A stretch of DNA of 64,000 nucleotides, taken from Octopus sinensis (taxonomy: Eukaryota). Below the pieces are notes generated by a model that was given only the letters and a program-made list of their open reading frames with translations, ran no database searches and was not told the DNA's origin. The position numbers and the translations under genes were made by a program. Below, one piece after another: positions 53,545 through 64,000 of this stretch (within the stretch, counting starts at the first letter, position 1; each line of letters begins with the position of its first letter). The stretch covers positions 101,246,001 through 101,310,000 of the forward strand of contig NC_043001.1 in assembly GCF_006345805.1 (NCBI RefSeq). The letters are read 5' to 3'.

Positions 53545-53735
53545 TGGATAGCATGGCAGACTTTTGTTCCTTAGTGATGTTTGGTTTGGGAAGTTTCACT
53601 TTTTCTAGTACTTGTCTCACTTTCCACCTTAGCTCATCTACCTGAGCTCTTGGTATCTTTATGGCTAATTCTTCAATAGGGGCTTTTATGTCCGAGTATG
53701 GAATGCGCTTGATGATTGTCGCAAAGTTGAGATCT
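53545..53735 (-). mobile_element. Penelope-like element ORF fragment (region N-terminal to RT)
   Basis: KDLNFATIIKRIPYSDIKAPIEELA...DELRWKVRQVLEKVKLPKPNITKEQKSAM resembles the PLE KGLNFA...P.PNIT.E..AL region (recalled pattern). Confidence 0.65.
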
Positions 53736-54494
53736 TTGTTTTGTACTGCTTCTTCAGAGCTTTCTAGATGCCAGCTACTTATATTAATTACTATTTCCAT
53801 ATAGATCAAAAGAAAAGTTAATACATAGATACATAGACATTGTTAAATCAAAAACGAATAGCTACAGCAAATATTGGATGTCACTTTCACTTTTCATCAC
53901 CACACGAGGATAAAATTAATGCACAAGTGGCCGAGTACTCCACAGACATGCATACAATTAATGTAGTTCTCAGGGAGATTCAGCCTCATGCAAAATATGA
54001 CTTGGCTGGTCCCTTTCAATTATGACTACAACTCATTTTGGCCAGCTATTCTCAGTGCATTTTCAGCTTCTATTTTTCATATATATCATATATATATATA
54101 TACATACATACTCATATATATATACATGCGTATATTTATGTGGGTGTTTGTGTCTGTGTCTGGCCTACCACCATCATTGCTTGATAACCAATGTTCGTGT
54201 GTTTGCATAACTGTAACTTAGCTGTTCGGCAGAAAGAGCTGATAAAATAAGCACCAGGCTTACAAGTCCAGGGTCCGTTTTCTTCCACTAAAGGGAAGAA
54301 TGTAAAATGACTGAACCAAGTAAAAGAATAAAAGAATACCAGAAGAACGTTCCGTACCACTAAACCGAGAAGGTTCTTTGAATATGTTATGATGTATTTT
54401 AAGGCTAAATAGTAATTCTGTTTATGTTTGTGTAACTGAGATATTTTGGTTGGATTATATTCTCACCTGTTTTACACTTCTTTCTATATTCTGC

Positions 54495-54690
54495 AAGTGT
54501 CGCAATATACTTTTCTACTATAGGCCAGTCAATTAGATCGCCCCCAGTACACAAATGGTACTTAATTTATCAACCCAAAAAGGATGAAAAGCAAAGTCGA
54601 CCGCGGCAGAATTTGAACTCAGAATCTAACAACAAACAAAATACTGCAAAGCATTTTGCCCAGCGTGCTAATGATTCTGCCAGCTCGCCC
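54495..54690 (-). mobile_element. SINE family B
   Basis: AAAGGATGAAAAGCAAAGTCGACC...ATTCTGCCAGCTCGCC. Confidence 0.8.
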
Positions 54691-54799
54691 CACCCCCCCT
54701 TATGCAGTAAAAATATTAATGAAGAAATGCTCCTTAGTTTGTTTTAACCATCATGACTAAGGCTGAGCTGGAGCACCACTTGTAGGAAGTCATGAATCT

Positions 54800-55102
54800 A
54801 AGGCACCATTCGAGCGTGATCGTTACCAGCATCGCCTTACTGGCATCTGTGCTGGTGGCATGTGTAAAAAGATTCGAGCGAGGTCGTTGCCAGTACCACC
54901 TAACTGGCCCCTGTGCTAGTGGCATGTAAAAAGCACCCACTACACTCTCATTAGTAGTTGACATTAGGAAGGGCATCCAGCTGTAGAAACTCTGCCAGTC
55001 AATATTGGAGCCTGGTGCAGCCATCTGGTTCGCCAGCCCTCAGTCAAAATCGTCCAACCCATGCTAGCATGGAAAGCGGACGTTAAACGATGATGATGAT
55101 GA
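54800..55102 (+). mobile_element. Retroposon family C (two repeat units, tail and (GAT)n)
   Basis: ...AGGAAGGGCATCCAGCTGTAGAAAC...CCAACCCATGCTAGCATGGAAAGCGGACGTTAAACGATGATG. Confidence 0.85.
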
Positions 55103-55946
55103 TACATGCTTACTTATATAAGTCCCTTCAATGAAAAAACAAAGAACCATATGAATGGCAATAACGGAGAAATGGCACCAATAATATCCTCACCAGTGAC
55201 AACAGCAATACCAACCGCATTAGAGACAATTACAGGAACTTCATTAATAGAGTTAACAACAACAACAACAGTAATTATTGTCATTTTTGTGGCAACCCAA
55301 ATTCAATTTTTATAGTAAGGCATTAAATCTAATTAATTAAATCAAAGCTAATCTTTCTAAAGTAAATTTGCTCTTCATGGGATTTGAATTGAAAAAGTTC
55401 AGATAACAACATTAACAAATGCATATAAACCATATGGACATTTAGTGCTGCAACAATGATGAGAACAGTAACTCTAGCAGTAATAGCATTAAGACAAGCT
55501 CGGCCAGGAAGCCTCTGTGCAGTCAGTCAACCTGCAAGAAATATCATTGAAATCTTTCTCAGATATTACACTGCCTTCTTAAAAAGATTGATCAACCAAT
55601 CTTGAATGGAAGTCTTGCTCGACTGCCAGAGTAACTATAAATGTTTGGTACAGAAATATTTCTCTTAGTATGAATGATACCTTCAAAGGTAGATAATGGA
55701 TGAACCCACATGAGATTTGCACTAAAAAGCACAACCTGATTTACAAATACTCTCAAAAAATGTAAGATTGTATCCAGGAAAAATACCAGTGGTATGTTTC
55801 TCTTTTTAACATCACTGATCTACATGAAATGCACCATAAATGATGCAAAAATGTTAAAAGTCTTGCAGCACAGCATTAATGGCTTTAAAAATACCTTTAT
55901 GGAAGTAAAAGCTATTCACAGAATAATTCAGAAAACATTCATTTAA

Positions 55947-56166
55947 CCCTTTCATTACTAACCCGGCTGAAACTGGCTCTGGATCTGAGTACAAATGTCT
56001 TATTTTCATAAGTTTTGAATTAAAATCTTCCACTAAACCTTAGTAACAATTTATGTTAATAACATTAGCTGAATGATAACTCAGTTATTTGGATAAATTC
56101 TTTGTTATATCTAAAGTAATTGAAAGAAACACAAAACATCTCAAAATAAATACAGTAACGAAAGGG
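55947..56166. mobile_element. piggyBac-type MITE
   Basis: TTAA-CCCTTTCATTACT ... AGTAACGAAAGGG-TAAG: 13-bp TIR with one mismatch and a TTAA site (right copy degenerate). Confidence 0.7.
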
Positions 56167-56451
56167 TAAGGAGAACTCACAGCATTCTGGTTAATAATAA
56201 AAGTAGTAAAAGCTGATCCTTAAATTTGATTACACTTATGTACATTCAATAGAAACTGCCAAAATAAATTCCAGAAGCATAAAAACCAGGAACATATACG
56301 GATGTTGTTGTGTGGTAAGAGATTTGCATCCTAATCACATGGTCCCAAGTTCAGTTTCATTGCATGGCAGCTTAGGCAAGTGATTTCTACTATTGTACTA
56401 TAGCCAGGGATTGCCAAAGCCTTGTGAGTGGATTTAGTAGGTGGAAACTGC

Positions 56452-56872
56452 AGGATGAAAAACAAAACCCGTCAAAGGGCTGAAGAACTCTTGAGAGTCA
56501 ACAGCCATCCAAAAATGTCTTAAGGCTATATCATGCGCGGGGACATAGAAATAATCGGACTGAATATCCGATCGCGCCGTTAAACCATTGGGAGTGAAGG
56601 ACTCCTAGCCTTTGTTAGGGCATCCTTCTAGGAGAAGGTAACTCAGGTAACTGGAATAACTCCAACATAAAACCTGCGGCTCAGTGGTTACCAATGATGT
56701 TGACTTGTTATTCTTTTCGGATTATGGCTGCTGTTGCTTAGTGAGTGGGATTGACTCAGTGCACAGCCTTTCCTCACTTTAAAAAAAATCTTCTTGCACA
56801 AGTATTGCACGATAACAATATTGATTAAGCTTCGTGCAATGGCCATACTCGATAACGAGGGGGTAGCCACAA
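56452..56872 (+). mobile_element. Hairpin-rich non-coding retroposon-like insert (possibly RTE-derived) following the 5' half of a family A SINE (56300-56450)
   Basis: GGGCATCCTTCTAGGAGAAGGTAACTC resembles the RTE 5' UTR motif (recalled); many short stem-loops; (TATG)n tail. Confidence 0.45.
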
Positions 56873-56912
56873 TATATGTATGTATGTATGTATGTGAATG
56901 AGTATGTGTGTG

Positions 56913-56952
<40 letters not shown>

Positions 56953-58237
56953 CATGTGTAGATACATGCGTTTGTACGTAATCACATGAACACATGTATG
57001 TATTATTCTTGCTTGCAGCTGAAGATTATCTAAACAAAAAAAAAAGCTTAAGATATATTGTCAACAACATCCTAGACCAGACAAGCTACATATATACAAA
57101 AAATTGATATCATATGAAAAATTGCACTTCTAGATTCGAAGAACATCGCAGTCAAGTGTCAAAGACATCATTATCCCTCCATATCCAAGTCTTGCACGTT
57201 ACCACAGAGATTATGTTTGCTGTCTCGTGTTGGTTGTGATATATTAATCAAAGCTGAAGCCTCACCTTGATCAATCAAGTTGAAAACTGATACGACGGCC
57301 AGTCACCGCAACAGAAACAGTTTAAAATCTTTCAATTAATATTCTCTCAAACCCAACCTGAATGAGTTCATTCTAGCTCCAGTCAGTAAAGCTATCCTGC
57401 CCAGCATTCAAATAGATCTTCCTTTTATACATATTAATATATTTATTATTCATCATCTCTTATAAGCCATCACTCAGTTCAGCAGTAAATTTCCATCATT
57501 TTATAGACATCTTTTTTTTTATTGCTTTTGTTGTTTCGGGTTCTCCCTTACTGTCGGATCATTCCGTCTTATTCCTACACCAACTAAACAAGGAAGTCAG
57601 GCTAATTTTCCAAAATGTCTTATTTCTAAATCTGCATGCTATATAAAAAGCCTGTTTGCCTCCATACATCTAGATTAAATATCCAGACAATGCAGCCATC
57701 CATTATTATTTTTTCTTCTTTTCTGTTGTTTTTGTTGCTTTTTAAACCTAGGTCAGCCCCTTTTTCCCCTTCAAAACTTATGATCAAAAGCTTTTTAGTC
57801 ACGATCAGCCACATTATTTCCCATTGTTTTAGATATTCTGTATTCAGGACTATATCATTCAATCATAATTCATTATTTCATCATACGTTCGTCGGATGTG
57901 AATTGAGGGAGATTTGGCTGCTGTTTCTATCAGATTAACTCTCAGCAGAGAGGCTTCCTCAGTGATTCACTCTTTCTGCAATTGATAAAGCATTTTATTG
58001 CTCATTTGCAACTTCACTTACATGAAATTCAAAACAAAATCAATTTACGCCACACTTCAAATTGATTTGCTACTCCTTCCGAACTCAGAACCAATTTCAT
58101 TTCACATAAAACACATAAAACAGTGTAACACAGATGCATAAACTTTGTAATCCATCTTCATAAATTCTAACCTCATCTTTCAGTAACATTTGATGTCCAT
58201 CTTCCATGCTGGGGTTTGGATTACCTTTCTATATATA

Positions 58238-58290
<53 letters not shown>

Positions 58291-58313
58291 ATGTATATAT
58301 GTATATATATATA

Positions 58314-58808
58314 TGACACGTAAAAGCACCATCCGTTTGTGGCCGTTTGCCAGCTCTGTCTGGCCCCCGTGCCGGTGACACGTAAAAGCACCATCCGTTC
58401 ATGGCCGTTTGCCAGCCCTGTCTGGCCCCCATGTCGGTGACATGTAAAAGCACCATCCATTCGTGTCCGTTTGCCAGCCCTGTCTGGCCCCCATGTCGGT
58501 GACATGTAAAAGCACCATCCGTTCGTGTCCGTTGCCAGCCTCACCTGGCCCCGTGCCGGTGACACGTAAAAGCACCATCCGTTCGTGGTCGTTTGCCAGC
58601 TCTGTCTGGCACCTGTGCAGGTGGCACGTAAAAAGCACCCACTACACTCACGGAGTGGTTGGCGTTAGGAAGGGCATCCAGCCGTAGAAACACTGCCAGA
58701 TCTGACTGGGCCTGATGAAGCCTTCCAGCTTCACAGACCCCAGTTGAACCGTCCAACCCATGCTAGCATGGAGAACGGACGCTAAATGATGATGATGATG
58801 ATGATGAT
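58314..58808 (+). mobile_element. Retroposon family C with five ~62-bp tandem units
   Basis: Units start at 58314, 58376, 58438, 58500 and 58560; then CACTACACTCACGGAGTGGTTGGCGTTAGGAAGGGCATCCAGCCGTAG...(GAT)n. Confidence 0.88.
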
Positions 58809-58821
58809 ATGTATATATATA

Positions 58822-58858
<37 letters not shown>

Positions 58859-58868
<10 letters not shown>

Positions 58869-59114
58869 TAAATTAGAGATAAAACCACTATTAGGCAAAT
58901 CATACAATGAAAAACTTAAGCCAATACATAAGATTAATTAATTTATATTATTTAAATATATATCAAAATTATTAAAAAAGTTAATTAATTATCTTTTTTA
59001 ATAATTTTGATATATATTTAAATAATATAAATTAATTAATCTTATGTATTGGCTTAAGTTTTTCATTGTATGATTTGCCTAATAGTGGTTTTATCTCTAA
59101 TTTAATATAATATA
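58859..59114. repeat. 256-bp near-perfect AT-rich palindrome without spacer, between (TA)n tracts
   Basis: 58859-58980 is the exact reverse complement of 58993-59114; the centre also pairs except for one T.T mismatch. Confidence 0.95.
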
Positions 59115-59192
59115 ATATTTTACTATAAAATTGGATTCAATCCTAAATCTGATTTTTCCCTGTAAGTTTGGATTTATTCCCTAATATTTTAT

Positions 59193-59294
<102 letters not shown>

Positions 59295-59332
59295 TATATA
59301 CATACATGTTTATATATGTATGCATGCCAGTA

Positions 59333-60213
59333 TGAAGTGGTATCAAAAAGTTCCTGGTTTAGTTCTGTAGCATACCAATAGATGGCAGCGCACAGTTGGC
59401 TGCACAGTGAGAGCTAGCAGTGACCTTCATGAGGCAGTGTTCTGAGTGATGTGTTTACTTCACAAGTTGTGAAATTTCTGTTTTTGTAATCACCTGTATG
59501 CTGTAGTCTGCGATTTTGTCATCAACGTGAAATTTTGCATTAAACTTGAGAAGTCTGCTACAGAGCCATTGTGCATAATTTGGTAAGCTTATGGCAACGA
59601 GGCAATGGGTTGTACGCAATGTTTTGAGTGGCAGAGGTGCTCCAAAAGCAGAAGAATATCCCTGGAAAACGATGTACAATCTGGAAAACCTGCCACAAGC
59701 ATCACCCCTGGAAATCTGATATTGTGCATCGAGAATTCCTCCCCCAGGGCCAGACCATCAATCAAGAGTTCCACTGTGACATTTTGAAGAGGGAGGACAT
59801 TTGGCGAAAGCGACCGGATTTGTGGAGCCCTAAGAATTGGCTTCTTCTGCACCCTGTCACCAAGCTCTCCTCACTCGTGGGTGTCTTGCTAAACACAACA
59901 TGGTATCACTTCCCCACCTTCCCCATTCACCAGATTTAGCACCTGAAGACTTCCATCTCTTCCCCAAGATGAAAAGGCAGCTCAAAAGTTGTCATTGTAA
60001 CACTGTGGTTGAGACCAAGAGCAAATCACAGAAGGTCCTTCACTCACTTATTGGAAACGACTTCCAGGCTGGATTCCAAAAGTGGTAGCAATGCTGGGCC
60101 CAGTGTATAGCCATGCAGGGCGATTATTTCAAAGGAGATAATGTTAAGACTTAGGTAGATAAGTTATTTTCTATTAAACATAACTAGTCTGGGAACTTTT
60201 TGTTACCACCTCG
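59333..60213 (+). mobile_element. Internally deleted mariner transposon (transposase pseudogene) with TIRs and TA TSD
   Basis: TIR TGAAGTGGTATCAAAAAGTTCC versus (reverse complement) CGAGGTGGTAACAAAAAGTTCC; AYGNEAMGCTQCFEW...SLENDVQSGKP, IVHREFLPQGQTIN, HSPDLAPEDFHLFPKMK (YSPDL motif), GDYFKGD. Confidence 0.9.
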
Positions 60214-60249
60214 TATACGTGTATGTACATATGTAAGCATGTATGTGTA

Positions 60250-60265
60250 TAGATAGACAGATAGT

Positions 60266-60303
<38 letters not shown>

Positions 60304-60322
60304 TATAGATAGACAGACAGAC

Positions 60323-60387
<65 letters not shown>

Positions 60388-60405
60388 CACACACACACAC
60401 ACACA
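60250..60405. repeat. (GATA)n/(GACA)n microsatellite followed by (CA)n
   Basis: Directly visible. Confidence 0.95.
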
Positions 60406-61666
60406 TATGGCCATACACACATGTTATGTGGTGGGGTGTAGGGCCATCTTGACAGTATTCTAGGCCTCTGGGCAAAACAGTGCACTGGGCTCTAGTTTTT
60501 GATAGCAAGCCACGACATACATAGATTAGAAATGGTCCTCTAAAACTGTTGGGCCCCTAGCAAAATATCTGGTTTGGATAAGTCTTAAGAAGCACAGAGT
60601 GTTTGTCCATGTCTGCATTTAAGTTTAGGATGAAAAAGGTGGACTTGACTATTTTAAGGTTGCTTTATAATAAAAGTTCAACCAGGTGATAGAGTTGGAA
60701 AACTTGGCCCTCCATTTCACAGCAGAAGTGTGGAATACACACATACATTTTTAGTCATTTATATTTACCATTTTGATAGGCCGTTCTATTTGTGTTCTAT
60801 TTTATTTTATTCGGATATATTTTTACCTTCTGTGTTTTTATGTATATGTATTTTTTATGAGTTTAAGAACCATGGTGATTTTTATATGATTAAATATCTG
60901 AGGTATGGTGTTATATAAAATGTCGTGGACTCAAATTTAATGTTAGTTCAATAACCAATGTTTCTTTATATATGCATGTATACATACACTTACACATGTG
61001 CATACAAACACACCCACATAAATACATACGCCTATATGTGTGTGTATGTCAGAGTGTGTGTGGTGGGAGTATCAGTATGTGTCCACATCTGTATTAATGT
61101 TTATCATATAAAATAAATCTTTCTTAGCCATTTGGTAAACGTGAGTCAATCTGCTAGTTCCACTGTGATCAGGCAATACCTTTAAAAGTTAAAGCTCAGC
61201 ATTCCCACGGTCAAATAACTAGAACCAGAAAAAGAATTAGTGAACGAGATGGTCATATCTGGAAAACCTTTGATCATAGATGTGCTGAATCAGAGCAGAA
61301 CTTGGGTAAAACAGCAAAACAACAACAAATATATTTAACAAAACTGTTACATTTGAGCAGTTTGTGCTGCAATTTTTCGACAAACCAGCCTATTATTTTG
61401 AATTATATTAATTTTATTTTCAAACAACATTTGTTTTCCAGGATGGGTGAATTAACAGAGAAAGTAGAATAGCATGCTGTAATCTTTATAATAATATAAA
61501 TTTGCTGCTACATGTCTCTCCATTCAAATACTTTTGTGATTAACTAAGTCTTTCATATCACTATAATCTATAATTGAATTGAAAATTACAAGCATTATAT
61601 ATTTATATACTTGATTCAAGTATAGAGTACGTCCGGGTGTGTATGTATGTGTATTATATTCATACA

Positions 61667-61726
<60 letters not shown>

Positions 61727-61810
61727 TTTACTTATTTATATACACATATACATACATATGTATACAGATGTGTATATATATAAATGTATGCAAGTGTTTA
61801 TGTTTGGATA

Positions 61811-61843
<33 letters not shown>

Positions 61844-62111
61844 GTCTCACTCTCTCTCTCTATATATATATATGTGTGTGTGTGTGTCTGTGTTTGTGTG
61901 TCCATATATGCGTGTGTTTATATTTTTGAATTAAGGTGCACAACATACAAGTACTTAGAACTCCATGTGTTCGTCATATTCTTCTCTGAAGAGAATTTAG
62001 CTTATTTACTTGTTGCCTCCCTATTTCTCTCTCTCTCTCTCCCCCCTTCTCTATTTCACTCTCTACATTTACACACACGTACATGCATATAAATGTGTGT
62101 GTATATGTATG

Positions 62112-62150
<39 letters not shown>

Positions 62151-62204
62151 ATAAGTGCATATGTATGTATGTATGTATACATGTATATATCTATCTATCT
62201 ATAG

Positions 62205-62246
<42 letters not shown>

Positions 62247-62544
62247 CCACTCAGTACCTCTGTGGGTGCTGCTTCTTTTATTGTGGAAGGAGACCCAATG
62301 AAGAGCAGCTCAACCTAACTCACTACTCCACCCAAAAAGAGTGCAGAAAATAAGCTCAATCACACTGAAAGGCAGTGCTCCAGCATGGCCTTGGGCTCTG
62401 GCTGAAACGGTAAAAGATAAATGTTAAATGATCTATGTATTGGTCTCCCATGATCAATTTCTCCAAACATTTTGTTTTTCTCTTATTTTTTTCCAATATT
62501 GTTTTGTTCTCGTCTTTTCTTTTTAAATATATTCTTTCTTTTTA

Positions 62545-62940
62545 TTCTTCTTATCGTTTCAGTCACTTGACTGCAGCCATGCTGGAGCACAACCTTTAGT
62601 CAAGCAAATCGACCCCACAACTTGTTCTTTGTAACTCTGCTACTTATTCTATCAGTCTCGGTCTTTGTTTGCTGAACTGCTAATTTACAGGGACGTAAAC
62701 ACACCAGCATCTGTTATTAAGTGATAGTGGGGGGGGGGACAAACATGCACACACACACACACACATATATATATATAGGACAGGATTCTTTCAGTTTCTG
62801 TCTACCAAATTCACTCACAAGGTTTTGGTTGGCCCGAGGCTATAGTAGAAGACACTTGCCCAAGCTGCCACTCAGTGGGACTGAACCCAGAACCATGTGG
62901 TTGGGATGCAAGCTACGTACCATGCAGCCACTCCTGCACC
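62545..62940 (-). mobile_element. SINE family A, full length
   Basis: Homologous to 1079-1466; ends CAGCCACTCCTGCACC. Confidence 0.88.
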
Positions 62941-62952
62941 TATATATATATA

Positions 62953-63785
62953 TCAAAGACTAAGGTCTTAGAAAGCAAGAAAATGTACAGGACACGACCT
63001 TCTTCAGGTAAATGGCTCTGCTCGATATATAGGAAGCGTTTAGGTAGGAATTCCATATGGTATCCCCAGCTTTGGACACACAAGAGTTGCAGTGGAATAA
63101 TAGGAAAATGATCAGAAAAAGTAGTGTTCATATGTGGAAAATGCATAGGAGCCACAAAGCTACAAAAACACTTGGCAAGAGGATTTTCTCAAATGCCCCA
63201 GAGACTCATTAGAAGTAGTGAACAATTTTTGCTACCAAATCGGATAGAGAAACTGTACAAAAAATGTAATAGCTAGAATAAGAATAGGATGGAGAAAATT
63301 CTGAAGGCTTTTACTCGTGTTGGCAAGCAAAGGTCTGTCTCTCCAAATGAAAGGAAGATTGTATGATGCATGTATTGCAGAAACAACTTTACCTGGTTGT
63401 TGTGGAATGGGCCCTGAATACAGAGGACTTGCAAAAGCTAGAGAAGAAGGATGCCAATATACACTGCTGGATGTGCAATGTCAGTGTACATGTGTGACAG
63501 AGCGCTAGTGTGTTGAGAGAAAAGTTAGGCATGAGAGGAATTAGATACATTGTGCAAGCAAGAAGCTGACTGTGCTGGTTTGGTCATGTGATGGGGATGG
63601 ATGTAGACAGCTCTATAAAGAAGTACTGATCACTCAAAGCGGATGGAACTCGTGGGAGAGAGAGACCCAGGAAGACATAGAATGGAGTATTGATGGATGA
63701 CCTCAGTAAACTGACCTTTACAGAGGCGGTGACAAAGGGCCAAGATATCTGATGCCTTGCCATAGCCAAGAAGATCCTTCCTCCA
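62953..63785 (+). mobile_element. Decayed RTE-clade LINE, 3' region with a Cys-rich segment
   Basis: KTKVL...SGKWLCSIYRK..GRNSIW..LWTHKSCSGI...FICGKC; ARIRIGWRKF; KGLSLQMKGRLYDAC; WMCNVSV; WFGHVMGMD; GTRGRERPRKT. Confidence 0.85.
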
Positions 63786-64000
63786 CAGCAGAACTGTTAA
63801 CACTGCTCCCCTTTGTGAAGAGGGTTGAATTTGATTTTGAATTTGATTGAACCTGTTTTATAAGTTGTAATTCATTATTTATGATTATTCATCAATGTCG
63901 ATTATGAATCACAGAAACAATTCTAATAGATATGAAATAAGCAAAATACCAATTCCATGCTGTCTGTTATTCTTCCAGACTAGATGTGCTCTTCAGAGTA

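Noticed and set aside
58314-58640. CRISPR-like array
   Set aside because: Units are wholly repeated with no unique spacers, there are no cas genes, and the context is a eukaryotic retroposon
60440-60595. Possible hAT-type MITE
   Set aside because: Could not establish a matching second TIR or a TSD

Overview
AT-rich, microsatellite-saturated eukaryotic DNA, intergenic or intronic. The SINE families and the density of (TA)n/(CA)n/(AAT)n tracts suggest an octopus (cephalopod) genome; this is inference from recalled repeat families. I found no supportable host protein-coding exon, and almost all listed ORFs are translations of microsatellites. The window holds many tRNA-derived SINEs of several families and decayed non-LTR retrotransposons (RTE, CR1/Jockey-like, a cluster of R4/Dong-like RLE elements in (TAA)n, and a Penelope-like ORF fragment). 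It also holds an internally deleted mariner and hAT-, piggyBac- and mariner-type MITEs. The most interesting signal is a set of short (~200-500 bp) non-coding elements beside or inside (TA)n tracts with hammerhead-ribozyme-like motifs and/or fold-back ends. These include a near-canonical type I hammerhead at 10621-10669 and a 256-bp near-perfect palindrome at 58859-59114, consistent with Penelope-derived or retrozyme-like units. Repeat coordinates were read by eye and are approximate.
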